The notes beneath the pieces were generated by a model, which worked only from the letters and a program-made list of their open reading frames with translations, had not been told where the DNA came from and did not search any database. Both the position numbers and the translations under genes were made by a program. This document shows, piece after piece, positions 1 through 11,847 of a stretch of DNA of 64,000 nt. Numbering within the stretch: position 1 is the first letter of the stretch; the number at the start of each line of letters is the position of its first letter. The DNA lies in assembly GCA_041744215.1 (NCBI GenBank), contig JBGTLG010000016.1, positions 125,922 to 189,921 of the forward strand, in the 5' to 3' direction. This DNA comes from Fimbriimonadales bacterium. Lineage in GTDB: Bacteria; Armatimonadota; Fimbriimonadia; Fimbriimonadales; ATM1.

Positions 1-186
1 ATTTTGGCGCTCCTGTTGAGCGGATATGCGCCTGCAAAACTTGTCGAGTTAGGCTTTGACAAGGATGAAGTCGCGATTGTGGTTAAGAGAGTGGATTCAA
101 CGCATTGGAAACGCCGCCTGCCGACGGTCGCGATGATATCGAACAGCGCGATCGGCGAGTTTTACTTGCGGCCAGTGGATTATTGA
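1..186 (+). CDS. nadE: NAD+ synthetase, C-terminal fragment (5' part outside window)
   Basis: C-terminal ...KRVDSTHWKRRLP resembles the conserved NadE tail (xxHKRxxP); frame is open from the window edge. Confidence 0.7.
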   Translation: MLALLLSGYAPAKLVELGFDKDEVAIVVKRVDSTHWKRRLPTVAMISNSAIGEFYLRPVDY

Positions 187-208
187 CCGGCTGGTACAAT
201 CGCGCACC

Positions 209-2293
209 ATGCCCCACCTAGTTCTGGAGATTGGTTGCGAAGAGTTACCGGCGCACTCTGTTAGGCGAGCCGTCGAATCGCTTGCTGCGTCCGTAGCCGA
301 CGGCTTGCGCGATGCAAAGGTGCTTGGCGATGAGTTTGAGTTGAAGACGGCTTGCACGCCCAGAAGGTTGATTGTGGGGATCGATGGCGTTCTTGTCAAG
401 AGGGAATCTGAAACGATTTCGAAACGCGGTCCATCGAAGACTGCTGCCTACGACGCAGATGGAAATGCGACGAAGGCGCTTGAGGGATTTTGCAAGTCCG
501 TAGGCACTTCGGTCGAGAGCGTGACGGTCGAAGGCGATTACATTTGGGCCGCGCAAGTAACGCAAGAGCAACCGACTCGCGAGTTACTCCCTGCAATTTT
601 GATTCAGGCTATTCAGTCGATACCTTTCGACAAGACGATGCGATGGGGTACAGGGCGTATGCGTTTTGCTCGACCGATACGCTGGATTCTCGCTGTTTTT
701 GATCGAAGCGTCGTCTCCTTCCAAGTTGAGTCGGTTGCGAGTGGAAGCCAATCGCAAGGGCACCGGTTCCTGTGCCCTGGCGGATTCGAGGCTAATTCGT
801 TCGGCGAGTTGCTCGACGGACTACGAGAGCGATTTGTCGAGGCTGACCCTCTGAAGCGGGAGGCTTTGATTCGAAGGGAAGCCGCGGAGAGATCTTCACG
901 CAGAGCGGTACTGACTGATTCCCTGGTCGACGAGAACGTCTTTCTCACGGAATGGCCCAGAGCGATCGAAGGCTCGTTTCGTGAGGAGTTTCTTTCTCTT
1001 CCCCGCACGGTTCTTGTTACTGCGATGGCGAAGCATGAAAGGTTCTTCCCGATCGAGGATGACGGTGGTGAGATCACAAATCGTTTCATCAGCATCATGA
1101 ATGCTGGGGACGAGGGTGTCGTGCGGCGCGGCAACGAATGGGTTTTGAACGCAAGATTCAATGACGCGCTGTTCTTCTTTGAAGAGGACTCGCGCACAAA
1201 GTTGGAGGAGTTCTTAGAAAAGACATCGCGGATTCTGTTCCAGGAGAAGCTGGGTTCTGTCCGTCAGCGGGCGGATCGAATTGCATCGCTCTCGAAAGCG
1301 ATCGCGGAACACGCGCGGCTATCGAATGAGCAAGTCGAAAGGTGCTTTGAAGCCGGGAGGCTGTGCAAGGCCGATTTAAGCACTGGTCTCGTGTCAGAAC
1401 TGCCCGCCTTACAGGGGCAGATTGGTGGCGAGTATGCACGAAGAGAAAACTATCCAGATGCGGTTTACGAGGGAATTGCCGCCCATTACGATCCCAATCT
1501 GTCGCCAACTTCTGCGGGTGAGATCGTGGCGCTGGTGGTGATGTGCGCGGATCAAGCCGACCGGCTCGCCGGCTATCTGGGAGTTGGTGAGACCCCAAAG
1601 GGGAGCAGCGATCCCTTCGCTCTTCGCAGAGCTGCAACGATGCTCGTTCAGGCTCAGCTTGGGTGGCACGCACCCACGGGATCCATTCATGACTGGATTG
1701 AATCCGCGGCGGAACTGCTTCGAGAACAAGGCAGTTCGATCGACGATAACGCTGCCATCCTTGAACGCTTCGACGCGATTCTCGAAGGACGATATGAGGC
1801 GCTACTTGGTGAGATTCGATATGATGCGCGCGATGCAGTGTGGGCAGCCAACCATCGGCAGCCCTCGCGTCAGTTCCTTGAGCGCGCTAGGGCAGTAGCC
1901 GAGTTATCGTCGGAAGTCGCGTTTGTTCGCACGGCCAGACGTCCGATCAACATCGTGTCTGCGGCGGCGTCCAAGGCGATCCCATTCGATCCTGAGAAGC
2001 GGTTAGGCGATGTGGATCGTTCTTTGTTCGATCACGAAGCCGAACATAGCTTGCTGGCAGCAGCACTGGCAGTCGCTCCGAAAGTTGATTCCCTTGCAGA
2101 ATCTGGGAACTACGACCCTATGGCATCCACACTCAGAGAACTTTCTTCCCCGATTGATACGTACTTTGACTCAGTGATGGTCATGTCCGAGGACGAATCA
2201 AAACGACGGAACCGACTCGAGATGCTTTCTGGAGTCGCACGGTTGTTCCTTCATCTCGGGGACTTCAGCAAGATCGTCATCGAAGGAGAATAG
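209..2293 (+). CDS. glyS: Glycine--tRNA ligase beta subunit
   Basis: LEIGCEELP, TPRRL, MRWG..RFARPIRW, KADL.T.LV.ELP.LQG, GSSDPFALRR motifs; C-terminal DALR-like domain. Confidence 0.97.
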   Translation: MPHLVLEIGCEELPAHSVRRAVESLAASVADGLRDAKVLGDEFELKTACTPRRLIVGIDGVLVKRESETISKRGPSKTAAYDADGNATKALEGFCKSVGTSVESVTVEGDYIWAAQVTQEQPTRELLPAILIQAIQSIPFDKTMRWGTGRMRFARPIRWILAVFDRSVVSFQVESVASGSQSQGHRFLCPGGFEANSFGELLDGLRERFVEADPLKREALIRREAAERSSRRAVLTDSLVDENVFLTEWPRAIEGSFREEFLSLPRTVLVTAMAKHERFFPIEDDGGEITNRFISIMNAGDEGVVRRGNEWVLNARFNDALFFFEEDSRTKLEEFLEKTSRILFQEKLGSVRQRADRIASLSKAIAEHARLSNEQVERCFEAGRLCKADLSTGLVSELPALQGQIGGEYARRENYPDAVYEGIAAHYDPNLSPTSAGEIVALVVMCADQADRLAGYLGVGETPKGSSDPFALRRAATMLVQAQLGWHAPTGSIHDWIESAAELLREQGSSIDDNAAILERFDAILEGRYEALLGEIRYDARDAVWAANHRQPSRQFLERARAVAELSSEVAFVRTARRPINIVSAAASKAIPFDPEKRLGDVDRSLFDHEAEHSLLAAALAVAPKVDSLAESGNYDPMASTLRELSSPIDTYFDSVMVMSEDESKRRNRLEMLSGVARLFLHLGDFSKIVIEGE

Positions 2294-2294
2294 G

Positions 2295-3176
2295 ATGCTC
2301 GCAACTCTGCTTTTTGCCGCGCAACTCACGGATCCGTACATGCTTCCGATTCCGAATACTCGCACCGTGGAAGTGCAACTCGGCAAGATCACAAGAACAT
2401 CGGACGGAAAGCGGGTGGGCATTCCGGAGATCGTCTCTGCCTCGGAGGGCAAGTATTGGATTTATCTCGGAGAGACGCATGATAATCCCGATGCGCACAT
2501 ACTTCAGGCCGACATTGTTCGCGCACTCGTAAAAGGGGAGAGGACCGTCGTGGTGGGGATGGAGATGTATCAACGGTCAGTTCAGAGTGTGCTCTTTGAG
2601 TGGAGCGAGGGAAAACTTAGCGAGGAAGAGTTCGTCGAGAAATCGCAATGGAAGACGCAATGGGGATTCGATTACTCGCTTTATAAACCAGTTTTCGATG
2701 TCATCAAAGAGAAGAAGTTGCCGTTAGTCGGTCTCAACGTGCCGCGAGATTGGGTGCGTACTGCGAGTCGCGAAGGTTTCGACGCGTTACCTGAAGAGGC
2801 GAAGAAGCAACTTCCTGAGATGGACATGTCGAACAAGGATCATCGCAAAGTGTTCGACGCGCTAATGGGTGGGCATCCCGGGAGCAGCGCGGACGGCTTT
2901 TACCGCGGTCAAGTTTTGTGGGATGAAGCCATGGCTGACTCAGCGTTGCGCTATTTATTGTCGCGTGTTACAGATGACAAAGTGCTCTTTGCAGTTGTCG
3001 CGGGCAACGGGCACGTCATGTATTCACAAGGAATCAACTGGCGCGTCAAAAAACGCACCGGCGAATCCGGCATCACGGTTGTGCCCATAGAAATGTCAGC
3101 TGATTCACCAACAAGGCTGGTGACGGCCGGGTTGGCAGACTTTGTAGTCGGCGTTCCGGCCGTCGTTAGAAACTAA
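2295..3176 (+). CDS. ChaN-family (haem-binding uptake / EreA-ChaN fold) exported protein
   Basis: YLGETHDN..H..Q, GMEM, WGFDYSLYKP, Q.LWDEAMA, AGNGH motifs; short signal-like N-terminus. Confidence 0.85.
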   Translation: MLATLLFAAQLTDPYMLPIPNTRTVEVQLGKITRTSDGKRVGIPEIVSASEGKYWIYLGETHDNPDAHILQADIVRALVKGERTVVVGMEMYQRSVQSVLFEWSEGKLSEEEFVEKSQWKTQWGFDYSLYKPVFDVIKEKKLPLVGLNVPRDWVRTASREGFDALPEEAKKQLPEMDMSNKDHRKVFDALMGGHPGSSADGFYRGQVLWDEAMADSALRYLLSRVTDDKVLFAVVAGNGHVMYSQGINWRVKKRTGESGITVVPIEMSADSPTRLVTAGLADFVVGVPAVVRN

Positions 3177-3550
3177 CTCTGACTCGAGGACTTATACAGC
3201 GAGATTGCTGCTCCCTGCGGGTCTTGAATCACGCAGATGCGCCCGACCTCCGGGATGTCGAACGCAGGCATGAGGATCTTCCCGCCGAGCGCTACCGCCT
3301 TGGCCGCTGTAGCATCCACGTCGTCAACGCCGACATAGATCATCCAGTGCGGGGGCACGCCTTCCCACTGAGGTCCCTCCATCGGCTGGATGCCGCCGAA
3401 AGTCTCATCCCCGTGCTTGAACATGGCGTACGGGCTTCCTTGGCCCATGTCCCACTCTTCAACCCCCCAGCCGAGAAGCTCCGTATAGAACTTTCGGCTG
3501 CCTGCCGCGTCCGGCGTGTTTACCTCGAACCAAACGAATGGTGATGGCAT
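3173..3550 (-). CDS. VOC/glyoxalase family protein
   Basis: FVWFEVNTPD...FY..LLGW, W..YV.VDDVD, GR..VIQDPQGA; SD AGGAG upstream. Confidence 0.92.
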   Translation of the reverse strand: MPSPFVWFEVNTPDAAGSRKFYTELLGWGVEEWDMGQGSPYAMFKHGDETFGGIQPMEGPQWEGVPPHWMIYVGVDDVDATAAKAVALGGKILMPAFDIPEVGRICVIQDPQGAAISLYKSSSQS

Positions 3551-3649
3551 TGCTTCTTCTCCTTCAACAAGTTTCCCGCGTATGCGGAGTAGACATATGT
3601 ATACCCTATCTCCACATTGCGATCTTGTAGGAGTTTAGGCAAATGTGGC

Positions 3650-3678
3650 TTGACAACCGGTCGCCACAGTGCCATAAT
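3650..3678 (+). promoter_or_regulatory. sigma70-type promoter of groES-groEL
   Basis: TTGACA (3650-3655), 17-nt spacer, CATAAT (3673-3678) preceded by TG. Confidence 0.85.
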
Positions 3679-3704
3679 TGGCACTCAAGCAACGAGAGTG
3701 CTAA
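3678..3704 (+). promoter_or_regulatory. CIRCE element (HrcA operator)
   Basis: TTGGCACTC-N9-GAGTGCTAA, one mismatch to the TTAGCACTC-N9-GAGTGCTAA consensus, directly upstream of groES. Confidence 0.95.
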
Positions 3705-3768
3705 CGCTCCCAGCAGAGGAGCGCCAGGCTCCGTTCCAGAGATTCAATCAAGGAGGTTTGGAAAAACC

Positions 3769-5705
<1,937 letters not shown>

Positions 5706-5725
5706 ACGTCGACAGATCGTGACTC

Positions 5726-5767
5726 GAACGGATAGGTCGGAGGCGGCCTATCCGTTCTTCCTTTGTT
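5726..5767 (+). terminator. Probable intrinsic terminator after groEL
   Basis: Stem GAACGGATAGGTCG / CGGCCTATCCGTTC with a GAGG loop, followed by T-rich TTCCTTTGTT. Confidence 0.75.
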
Positions 5768-5833
5768 ACTCCTGTTAGGATTGACACCTTTTAGCGGCGT
5801 GCAATCGTTGGCAGGGAGGTAAATTCGGCAATC

Positions 5834-6661
5834 ATGCGTTGGAAAGGCCGGAGACAGAGCGACAACGTCGAGGATCGGAGAGGTGCTGGCCCTATAATCG
5901 CGGGCGGAGGCATCGTAACCGCAATCATCGCCTTCGCCGTGTACCTGCTTGGTGGGGACCCCGCAGCGCTCACGGACCTGACTCAGGGCCAGACCGGGGA
6001 ACGGCCAGGGCCAGGCATAGATGACGAGGGCAGGGAGTTCGTGAGCGTCGTCCTGGCCGATACCGAGGTGGTTTGGACCGAGCTTTTTCAGAAAATGGGT
6101 CGCCGGTATGAAAAGCCAAAATTGGTTCTGTTCAGCGGTCGTGTTCAGTCTGCCTGCGGCTTTGCTTCCGACGCGACGGGTCCGTTTTATTGTCCTCCAG
6201 ACAAAAGCGTTTACATTGACCTTTCATTCTTCGATATGCTCCAGTCACGATTTGGCGCCCCGGGAGAGTTTGCGCGCGCGTATGTCATCGCCCATGAGGT
6301 CGGTCATCACATCCAGAATTTGGTTGGAACGATGGATCAAGTCCAAGCGCAGAGGCAGCGAGTCTCGAAGACAGAATACAACCAGTTGTCGGTGCGTCTC
6401 GAACTTCAGGCCGACTACTATGCAGGCGTCTGGGCGCACCACGCTCGTGACTTAGCATCGCTCACCGAGCAAGACATTCGCGATGCAATGAAAGCCGCAA
6501 ACGCAATCGGTGATGATTCGCTTCAAAAGGAAGCGCAAGGTTATGTCGTGCCCGACTCGTTCACTCACGGATCCTCCGAGCAACGCGTACGTTGGTTTAT
6601 GAGCGGTTACAAGTCTGGCGACCCTACAGAGGGTGACACGTTTTCTGCGCGGAGCCTCTAG
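5834..6661 (+). CDS. Neutral zinc metallopeptidase (YpfJ family)
   Basis: MRWKGRRQSDNVEDRRG, GPFYCP.D..VYIDL.FF, AHEVGHHIQ (HEXXH), ELQAD, FTHGSSEQR. Confidence 0.93.
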   Translation: MRWKGRRQSDNVEDRRGAGPIIAGGGIVTAIIAFAVYLLGGDPAALTDLTQGQTGERPGPGIDDEGREFVSVVLADTEVVWTELFQKMGRRYEKPKLVLFSGRVQSACGFASDATGPFYCPPDKSVYIDLSFFDMLQSRFGAPGEFARAYVIAHEVGHHIQNLVGTMDQVQAQRQRVSKTEYNQLSVRLELQADYYAGVWAHHARDLASLTEQDIRDAMKAANAIGDDSLQKEAQGYVVPDSFTHGSSEQRVRWFMSGYKSGDPTEGDTFSARSL

Positions 6662-6839
6662 TTTCGCCGTCGATTGCGCCATTGCTTTATCAGATTTTTT
6701 CGGTTGTTGCTGCGCAGTTGGCATCGGCGTCAGAGTTGATAGCTAGCGTAAATCCTTTAGAAGTCTGACCTCTGACTGCTTCCGCTGGAAGCCGCACGAG
6801 TTACCCTCTACAATAGTCGCAACTGGCTATAATGGCTGC

Positions 6840-8882
6840 ATGCTCGCGGTTCTGTTGGCGGTTGTCACGGCCGGGCAGGAGGATGTGCTTGCCGGGGACA
6901 TTCGGCTGGATCACCCCCTTTCACTGCACTGCGAAGTCGTCGGCGTGCGAAATGTGCTTGCCGAGATCGGAAAGCAGGCCGAAGTGAAACTTCAGGTCGA
7001 ACCCGCCCTTGCAGAAGACCTGATGGTTCTTTTCACCAAGGATCGCTCCGCAAGAGAGATCATGGCGCGAATTGCAGAGCACTTCGATTGGACGTGGAAG
7101 CGGAGCGAGGATGGCTACACCCTTTACAGAACCGACGAGCAGAGAGTTGAGGAGAGCCGTGCACTAAGAGAGCAGATTCTTGAGCCGTATCAATCACTTC
7201 GGAAGAGAGCAACAGAGTTGCTTGAATCCACAGAAGATAGTGAGAAGATAATGCGAAAGCTAAGTGGTATCTACGATCAAGTCAGCGAGTTAGTTCAATT
7301 AGGAGACCACGAATCAGCGCATGTCCTCACACGTCAGGCAATGCAATTGGAAATGTCGCTCGATCCGTTAGGGCAAGTGGCGCTCGGTGCAATTGCGAGT
7401 TTGACAGACGAACAGTGTCTCGAATTGGACGATAGAAAGCGAGTGGTCTTCGCAACCGATCCGACGCGAGCGCAAATCGCACTGCACGAGAAGGCAATTG
7501 GGATTGCGAAAACTACTCTTGCGACAGCTACCAGTAGTATGTACGTAGAGGGCGAGCTTATGAAGGTCGTCGGTGAGCCGACGCGTGTACGAATCATTCT
7601 GTCTGCACGCCCTGACATGATGCTATCCGCAAATGTCAGCCTATACGAAGGAAACCGCCATTTGCATTCGACATCTTATAGCTACCCCTTAGTAGGTGCC
7701 GACGAATCTCCTCCGAAGCGGCAGCAGCGCGACCTCCCAAGTGTTCTAACTGCGCGAGTTGAATTGTCCGATGAAATGCACGCGCTGTTAGTCAGCGTTC
7801 CGAACTTTGAAGCTTCGCCCGACTGGCTCGTCGCAATGCGAAGGTCTCAAACGACACTGGGATCACGCGTAGATCCAAGTTGGCCGAATGGCCTATTCGC
7901 GAGAGAGTTTGTCAAACTGACCGACTTGTCGTACATCGGGACTGTCTACGACCTTGACCATTCCGAGCGGGTGTTCCAACTCTCACAGATCACACCTGCA
8001 GCACTGCTTGACAGGTGGTGCGTTCCCGACAAGGAGTGGACCTACACCGACGGTTGGATCAAGGTGAAACACAAGAAATCGGCGCTGGGGCGCTTCTCTA
8101 CGGTTCCAAGATCGCGCTATTTTGAGTGGCGCGATAGGACGCTGCGACAAGCAGGGATGACCCTTGATCAATTCGCGGAGATTTGTGCCAGCATGAACGA
8201 TAAACAACTGTCCAACTCGATCATGATGCGGGTCTTTGGAACCGGATTCGACTCTTATCGGGGAACGCAAACCTTCTATTGCGGTCGACTATGGCAGACT
8301 CTCTCTCCGGCGCAGAAACGGATTGTGTCAGTTGGCGTTGGCGTGCCTGTTGCGACGATGACCGAGCACCAGCGCCATTTGTACGCAGAAGTTTTACTCC
8401 GTGGGAATCGCAACTCTGGAACAACCTCCAGTATGGATCCGCTTGAGCAACAGATCACCGAATGGCGAAAAGAAGTTGCCCACCCGAACGACATACACAG
8501 TGCGACCAGTGCAGTCGAAATCACCGATATTTTGCCGCTTGTGCACGAAGGAAGGGCGACTCTGAACGTTCGGATTGAGCGGATTGATGCGCTATTGATG
8601 CAGCATCGTGCGGGAACGTTTCTGACGAAGCTGGATGCGATCGCTCACAGGATCGCGGCAGAAGTCGAATTCGATCCAGAAGAGCAGTTCAAACCCGTCA
8701 TGTTTGACGTTGCTCTTTTCACGCTTGAACCGCTGCCCGGGTTACGTCGGGGATCGGAGGTTCGATGCTACTCAACCGAGCCCAACTCGGAATTCGTTGC
8801 GTACAGCAAGCTGCCTTCGCACATTCGTGAAAGAGCTCAACAGATCGCGCAAACGATCCGAGAGCGCGCAGGTGGTGGCTAA
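6840..8882 (+). CDS. Hypothetical exported protein, 680 aa, with an STN-like N-terminal domain
   Basis: Long uninterrupted ORF; hydrophobic N-terminus; first ~90 aa fit the STN pattern; TATAAT 6 nt before ATG. Confidence 0.75.
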   Translation: MLAVLLAVVTAGQEDVLAGDIRLDHPLSLHCEVVGVRNVLAEIGKQAEVKLQVEPALAEDLMVLFTKDRSAREIMARIAEHFDWTWKRSEDGYTLYRTDEQRVEESRALREQILEPYQSLRKRATELLESTEDSEKIMRKLSGIYDQVSELVQLGDHESAHVLTRQAMQLEMSLDPLGQVALGAIASLTDEQCLELDDRKRVVFATDPTRAQIALHEKAIGIAKTTLATATSSMYVEGELMKVVGEPTRVRIILSARPDMMLSANVSLYEGNRHLHSTSYSYPLVGADESPPKRQQRDLPSVLTARVELSDEMHALLVSVPNFEASPDWLVAMRRSQTTLGSRVDPSWPNGLFAREFVKLTDLSYIGTVYDLDHSERVFQLSQITPAALLDRWCVPDKEWTYTDGWIKVKHKKSALGRFSTVPRSRYFEWRDRTLRQAGMTLDQFAEICASMNDKQLSNSIMMRVFGTGFDSYRGTQTFYCGRLWQTLSPAQKRIVSVGVGVPVATMTEHQRHLYAEVLLRGNRNSGTTSSMDPLEQQITEWRKEVAHPNDIHSATSAVEITDILPLVHEGRATLNVRIERIDALLMQHRAGTFLTKLDAIAHRIAAEVEFDPEEQFKPVMFDVALFTLEPLPGLRRGSEVRCYSTEPNSEFVAYSKLPSHIRERAQQIAQTIRERAGGG

Positions 8883-9277
8883 CGATCCGTCAATTCGATG
8901 TAGTGACGATCAGGGTCCTCGACAAAGTACGATCTCCTGCCCGTTCCAAACTCGATCGGACCCTTAACGGGAACTCCCGACAACCCCAGCGCGCCGGCGA
9001 CTTTGTCAAGGTCCGCGCCATCCACCCGAAAGGCAACGTGGTAGACGGAGCCATTCGGCCCCCCGTGCTCGGCGAGGTACTCAGCTGCCAAATCTGTGCC
9101 CGGATCATTGGGGTTGAAAAGGACAAGCAGAAAATCTCCCGACTTCAAGAATACGTGCTTGCCCGGCTCGTGCGACTGGACTGAGAACCCGAGACGGTCG
9201 CAGTACCACTGCATAGAGAGTTCAACGTCTTCAACCCAAAGGGCAAGTTCGGAGATTGACTTGATGAATCCTGGCAT
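8879..9277 (-). CDS. VOC/glyoxalase family protein
   Basis: ELALWVEDVE...WY...LGF, HVAFRV, RSYFVEDPDRHYIEL. Confidence 0.9.
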   Translation of the reverse strand: MPGFIKSISELALWVEDVELSMQWYCDRLGFSVQSHEPGKHVFLKSGDFLLVLFNPNDPGTDLAAEYLAEHGGPNGSVYHVAFRVDGADLDKVAGALGLSGVPVKGPIEFGTGRRSYFVEDPDRHYIELTDR

Positions 9278-9301
9278 CTCGCGTAATGTACCGCCAGAAG
9301 G

Positions 9302-9877
9302 CTAAGGATCGTATCCCAATCTCTCCAGGAGACCCGCTTTCACGCTGGGCCATTCTTGACTGGTGATACTGAACATCACTGTGTCTCGGACGTACCCGTC
9401 TGGCATGATGATGTGGTTTCGCAACACTCCTTCGAGTTTAAGTCCTAACTTTTTCATCGCTGCCTGGCTTCGCTCGTTTCGCAAATCCGTTTTCAGTTGC
9501 ACCCGTATTGCGCCTAAAACCTCGAAGGCGTGGCGGAGCATGAGGCATTTCATCTCGGGGTTGACGTGAGTCCCCCTTGCCCTCTCAGTGAGCCATGTGT
9601 GCCCGATTTCAAGGCCCCGATGCTCTTCGCGAAAATCGAAAAACGAGGAACTGCCGAGGAAGTCGCCTTCCGCTGACACGACCGCGAACGCCGTGCGATC
9701 TGGGGGAATCGCTTGTATGAACGCTCGGACTCCCGCTCGTGTGAACTCGTGAGGAGCATCCTGGATGTACCGAAATGTCTCAGCATCGACAGCACTCAGG
9801 AATTGGGTAGCGTGCCCCTCTTCGAGCGGCTCGAGGCGGAGCGTTCGGCCAAGCAGAGTCACGGGAGTTACCCACAC
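9302..9877 (-). CDS. GNAT family N-acetyltransferase (RimJ/RimL type)
   Basis: LEIGHTWL...RGTHVN.E.K.LML.HAFE.LG..RVQLKTD.RN.RSQ.A..KLG...EG.LR.H. Confidence 0.93.
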   Translation of the reverse strand: MWVTPVTLLGRTLRLEPLEEGHATQFLSAVDAETFRYIQDAPHEFTRAGVRAFIQAIPPDRTAFAVVSAEGDFLGSSSFFDFREEHRGLEIGHTWLTERARGTHVNPEMKCLMLRHAFEVLGAIRVQLKTDLRNERSQAAMKKLGLKLEGVLRNHIIMPDGYVRDTVMFSITSQEWPSVKAGLLERLGYDP

Positions 9878-9937
9878 CCCCGCAGTTTATCCACCGAGAC
9901 TAAGCGTCGCGCCATGGAATACCGAAGATTACGTCGG

Positions 9938-10246
9938 ATGACTCACATTCTTGAACAGCCGATCCTTGGCCTGGAGCAAGCTTTCCCCGAGCGCCTCTGG
10001 CTCCTGGCGCACCCGAGCACCGGGCGCTACGGCTGCTTCTGTCACAACGGAGTGCACGGCCTCGCTTGCTTCAGTTCCGAAGTGGCTGCGATTAGGTTCG
10101 GGGAGTGGATTGACCTCGTTGGCATGACGACGGAGGAAGCGAGCTTCGATGAAGCACGCGAAATAGCGAAATCTCGGCCTCTTCCTGTTGTCTCGTTAAT
10201 GCTTCTCGACCGGCTGGATGAGCCTGTTGTGCATTTCGTGCGTTGA
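9938..10246 (+). CDS. Hypothetical protein (~102 aa); start uncertain (9914 or 9938)
   Basis: Fills the gap between two minus-strand genes; globular composition; LACFSSE.AA.RF segment. Confidence 0.65.
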   Translation: MTHILEQPILGLEQAFPERLWLLAHPSTGRYGCFCHNGVHGLACFSSEVAAIRFGEWIDLVGMTTEEASFDEAREIAKSRPLPVVSLMLLDRLDEPVVHFVR

Positions 10247-10263
10247 CGCGCTGAGTTCTCGCA

Positions 10264-11457
10264 TCAAGCCATCAACTTCCAGATTTCGTTCTGTGGACTT
10301 CCAATCCAGTCACACCCGTCGGCAGTTACAGCCACCATTTCCTCCAACCCAAGGTAGCCACGATCTTTCAAGGTCACACCGAGCTCAAGTGTATAGACCT
10401 CACTCTCTTCGACGACACCGTACGGCGTGTTGCCGTAGCGTTCCCACCTAGGACCCAGAATCGTCCCTCCGTCGTGGGCGACTCGCCCGACTTGATGGCC
10501 GACAGCGTGTAGATACTCGTCATACTCGCTGGCCACGATTGACTTTCGCGCGGCATCGTCCACCATCCAACCTTCAACACCTGGCTTGAGTGCTGCCTTC
10601 GCTGCAAGGATTGCACTTTTGACTGCGGTAAATGCTCGTACAACGTCGTCGGGTGGTTCCTCCCCCGCAGTTACGTACCAAGAGCGCTGTATGTCAGAGC
10701 AGTAGCCTTCCCTCTCCACCCCGAGATCTATGTGAAAGATGTGGCCAGGCTCGATTGTAATGGCGTCGCTTGGAATGCCGTGACCTATCATCGAGCTCGG
10801 CCCGGAGTTTACGATCGGGTTTCCGTGGCGGTCCCATGCGAAACCCAGATTTCGTTCCCGCATCATGGTATGGATTAGATCGTAAACATGCTTTTCGCTT
10901 TGTCCGGATCGGACGATCGCTTGTACTGTATTGAATATCTCGGCGGTGTCTAAAACTGCTGCGCGGATCTTGGCCAACTCTGTTTCCGACTTTCTTCCTC
11001 TGAGGCGGCGAACGATACTCTCTGCGCTTACGCACGAGGAGGTAAACCGCGTGCCGTCGAGCATTTTTTGCAACAGCAGGAACATGCCGTGCGTGAGGCC
11101 ATCGGACTTGACGTCGTTCTCTGAGAAGTTGACGGCGATGCTTTCGCCGGGAGCGATGTTGTTTTCAAGAACGCCGAGCAACGGATCCTTGATGCTTTGC
11201 ACATAGGGAATCACTTCATCCCAGTCCCCACTCGCCTTCAGCGGGTCCGCGTCGTAGTTGCCGACGACCGCGATCGTCTTGCCCGATTTCGTGACAATAA
11301 GCGCACTTTGCCACGTCAGCCCGCCTTTGTAGAGCAACGGGAGGACGGGGTCTGCGCCTTCGATTGTTTCGCGGACGAAGGTGAGCCAAGCACCGACTCC
11401 TTCTTCTGCGACCAAGCTCTTGGCTTGGCTTAGCTTCTCAGACTGAATGGACTTCAT
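10264..11457 (-). CDS. M24 family metallopeptidase (Xaa-Pro peptidase-like)
   Basis: HIDLGV...GYCSDIQR, HAVGHQVGRVAHDGG, TLELG, GLEEMV metal ligands. Confidence 0.92.
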   Translation of the reverse strand: MKSIQSEKLSQAKSLVAEEGVGAWLTFVRETIEGADPVLPLLYKGGLTWQSALIVTKSGKTIAVVGNYDADPLKASGDWDEVIPYVQSIKDPLLGVLENNIAPGESIAVNFSENDVKSDGLTHGMFLLLQKMLDGTRFTSSCVSAESIVRRLRGRKSETELAKIRAAVLDTAEIFNTVQAIVRSGQSEKHVYDLIHTMMRERNLGFAWDRHGNPIVNSGPSSMIGHGIPSDAITIEPGHIFHIDLGVEREGYCSDIQRSWYVTAGEEPPDDVVRAFTAVKSAILAAKAALKPGVEGWMVDDAARKSIVASEYDEYLHAVGHQVGRVAHDGGTILGPRWERYGNTPYGVVEESEVYTLELGVTLKDRGYLGLEEMVAVTADGCDWIGSPQNEIWKLMA

Positions 11458-11474
11458 AGGGTTGAATGCTCAGA

Positions 11475-11828
11475 ATGGCTATCAAAGTTACGGAGACTAT
11501 CTACTATTGCACGGACCTAGACCGCGCGTGTGCGTTCTACGCTGCGCTCGGGTGGAAGCTAGTAGAAAAGCAGGCTTGGGGTTGGGCTGCCTTCGAGATC
11601 GACGGGAGAGCGCGTTTGGGCTTGCTTAGGACGCATGATCCGGAGATCCCGCGACCCCGCGTGGGAATTCAAACCAGCGACATCGCTGCTGAAGTGGCAA
11701 ATCTCAGATCGCTCGGAGTCGATGTGGACGAACTGCAAGGAGATGCAGTTGGCATTCGCGCCGTCAACTTCCGTGACCCGGACGGAAATGAGGTCTTTCT
11801 TTGGGACGACGGCAGCGGGAAGCTTTAG
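11475..11828 (+). CDS. VOC/glyoxalase family protein (start 11466 or 11475)
   Basis: [20 protein letters not shown]. Confidence 0.85.
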   Translation: MAIKVTETIYYCTDLDRACAFYAALGWKLVEKQAWGWAAFEIDGRARLGLLRTHDPEIPRPRVGIQTSDIAAEVANLRSLGVDVDELQGDAVGIRAVNFRDPDGNEVFLWDDGSGKL

Positions 11829-11847
11829 CACCCGTATACTGGTAAGC

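Noticed and set aside
3643..3768. N-terminal extension of GroES in the ORF track
   Set aside because: It spans the promoter and CIRCE; the real start is ATG 3769 after AAGGAGG.
11635..11847. Extended hutU N-terminus overlapping the VOC gene
   Set aside because: It overlaps a good VOC gene in another frame; the -10 box and homology support ATG 11848.
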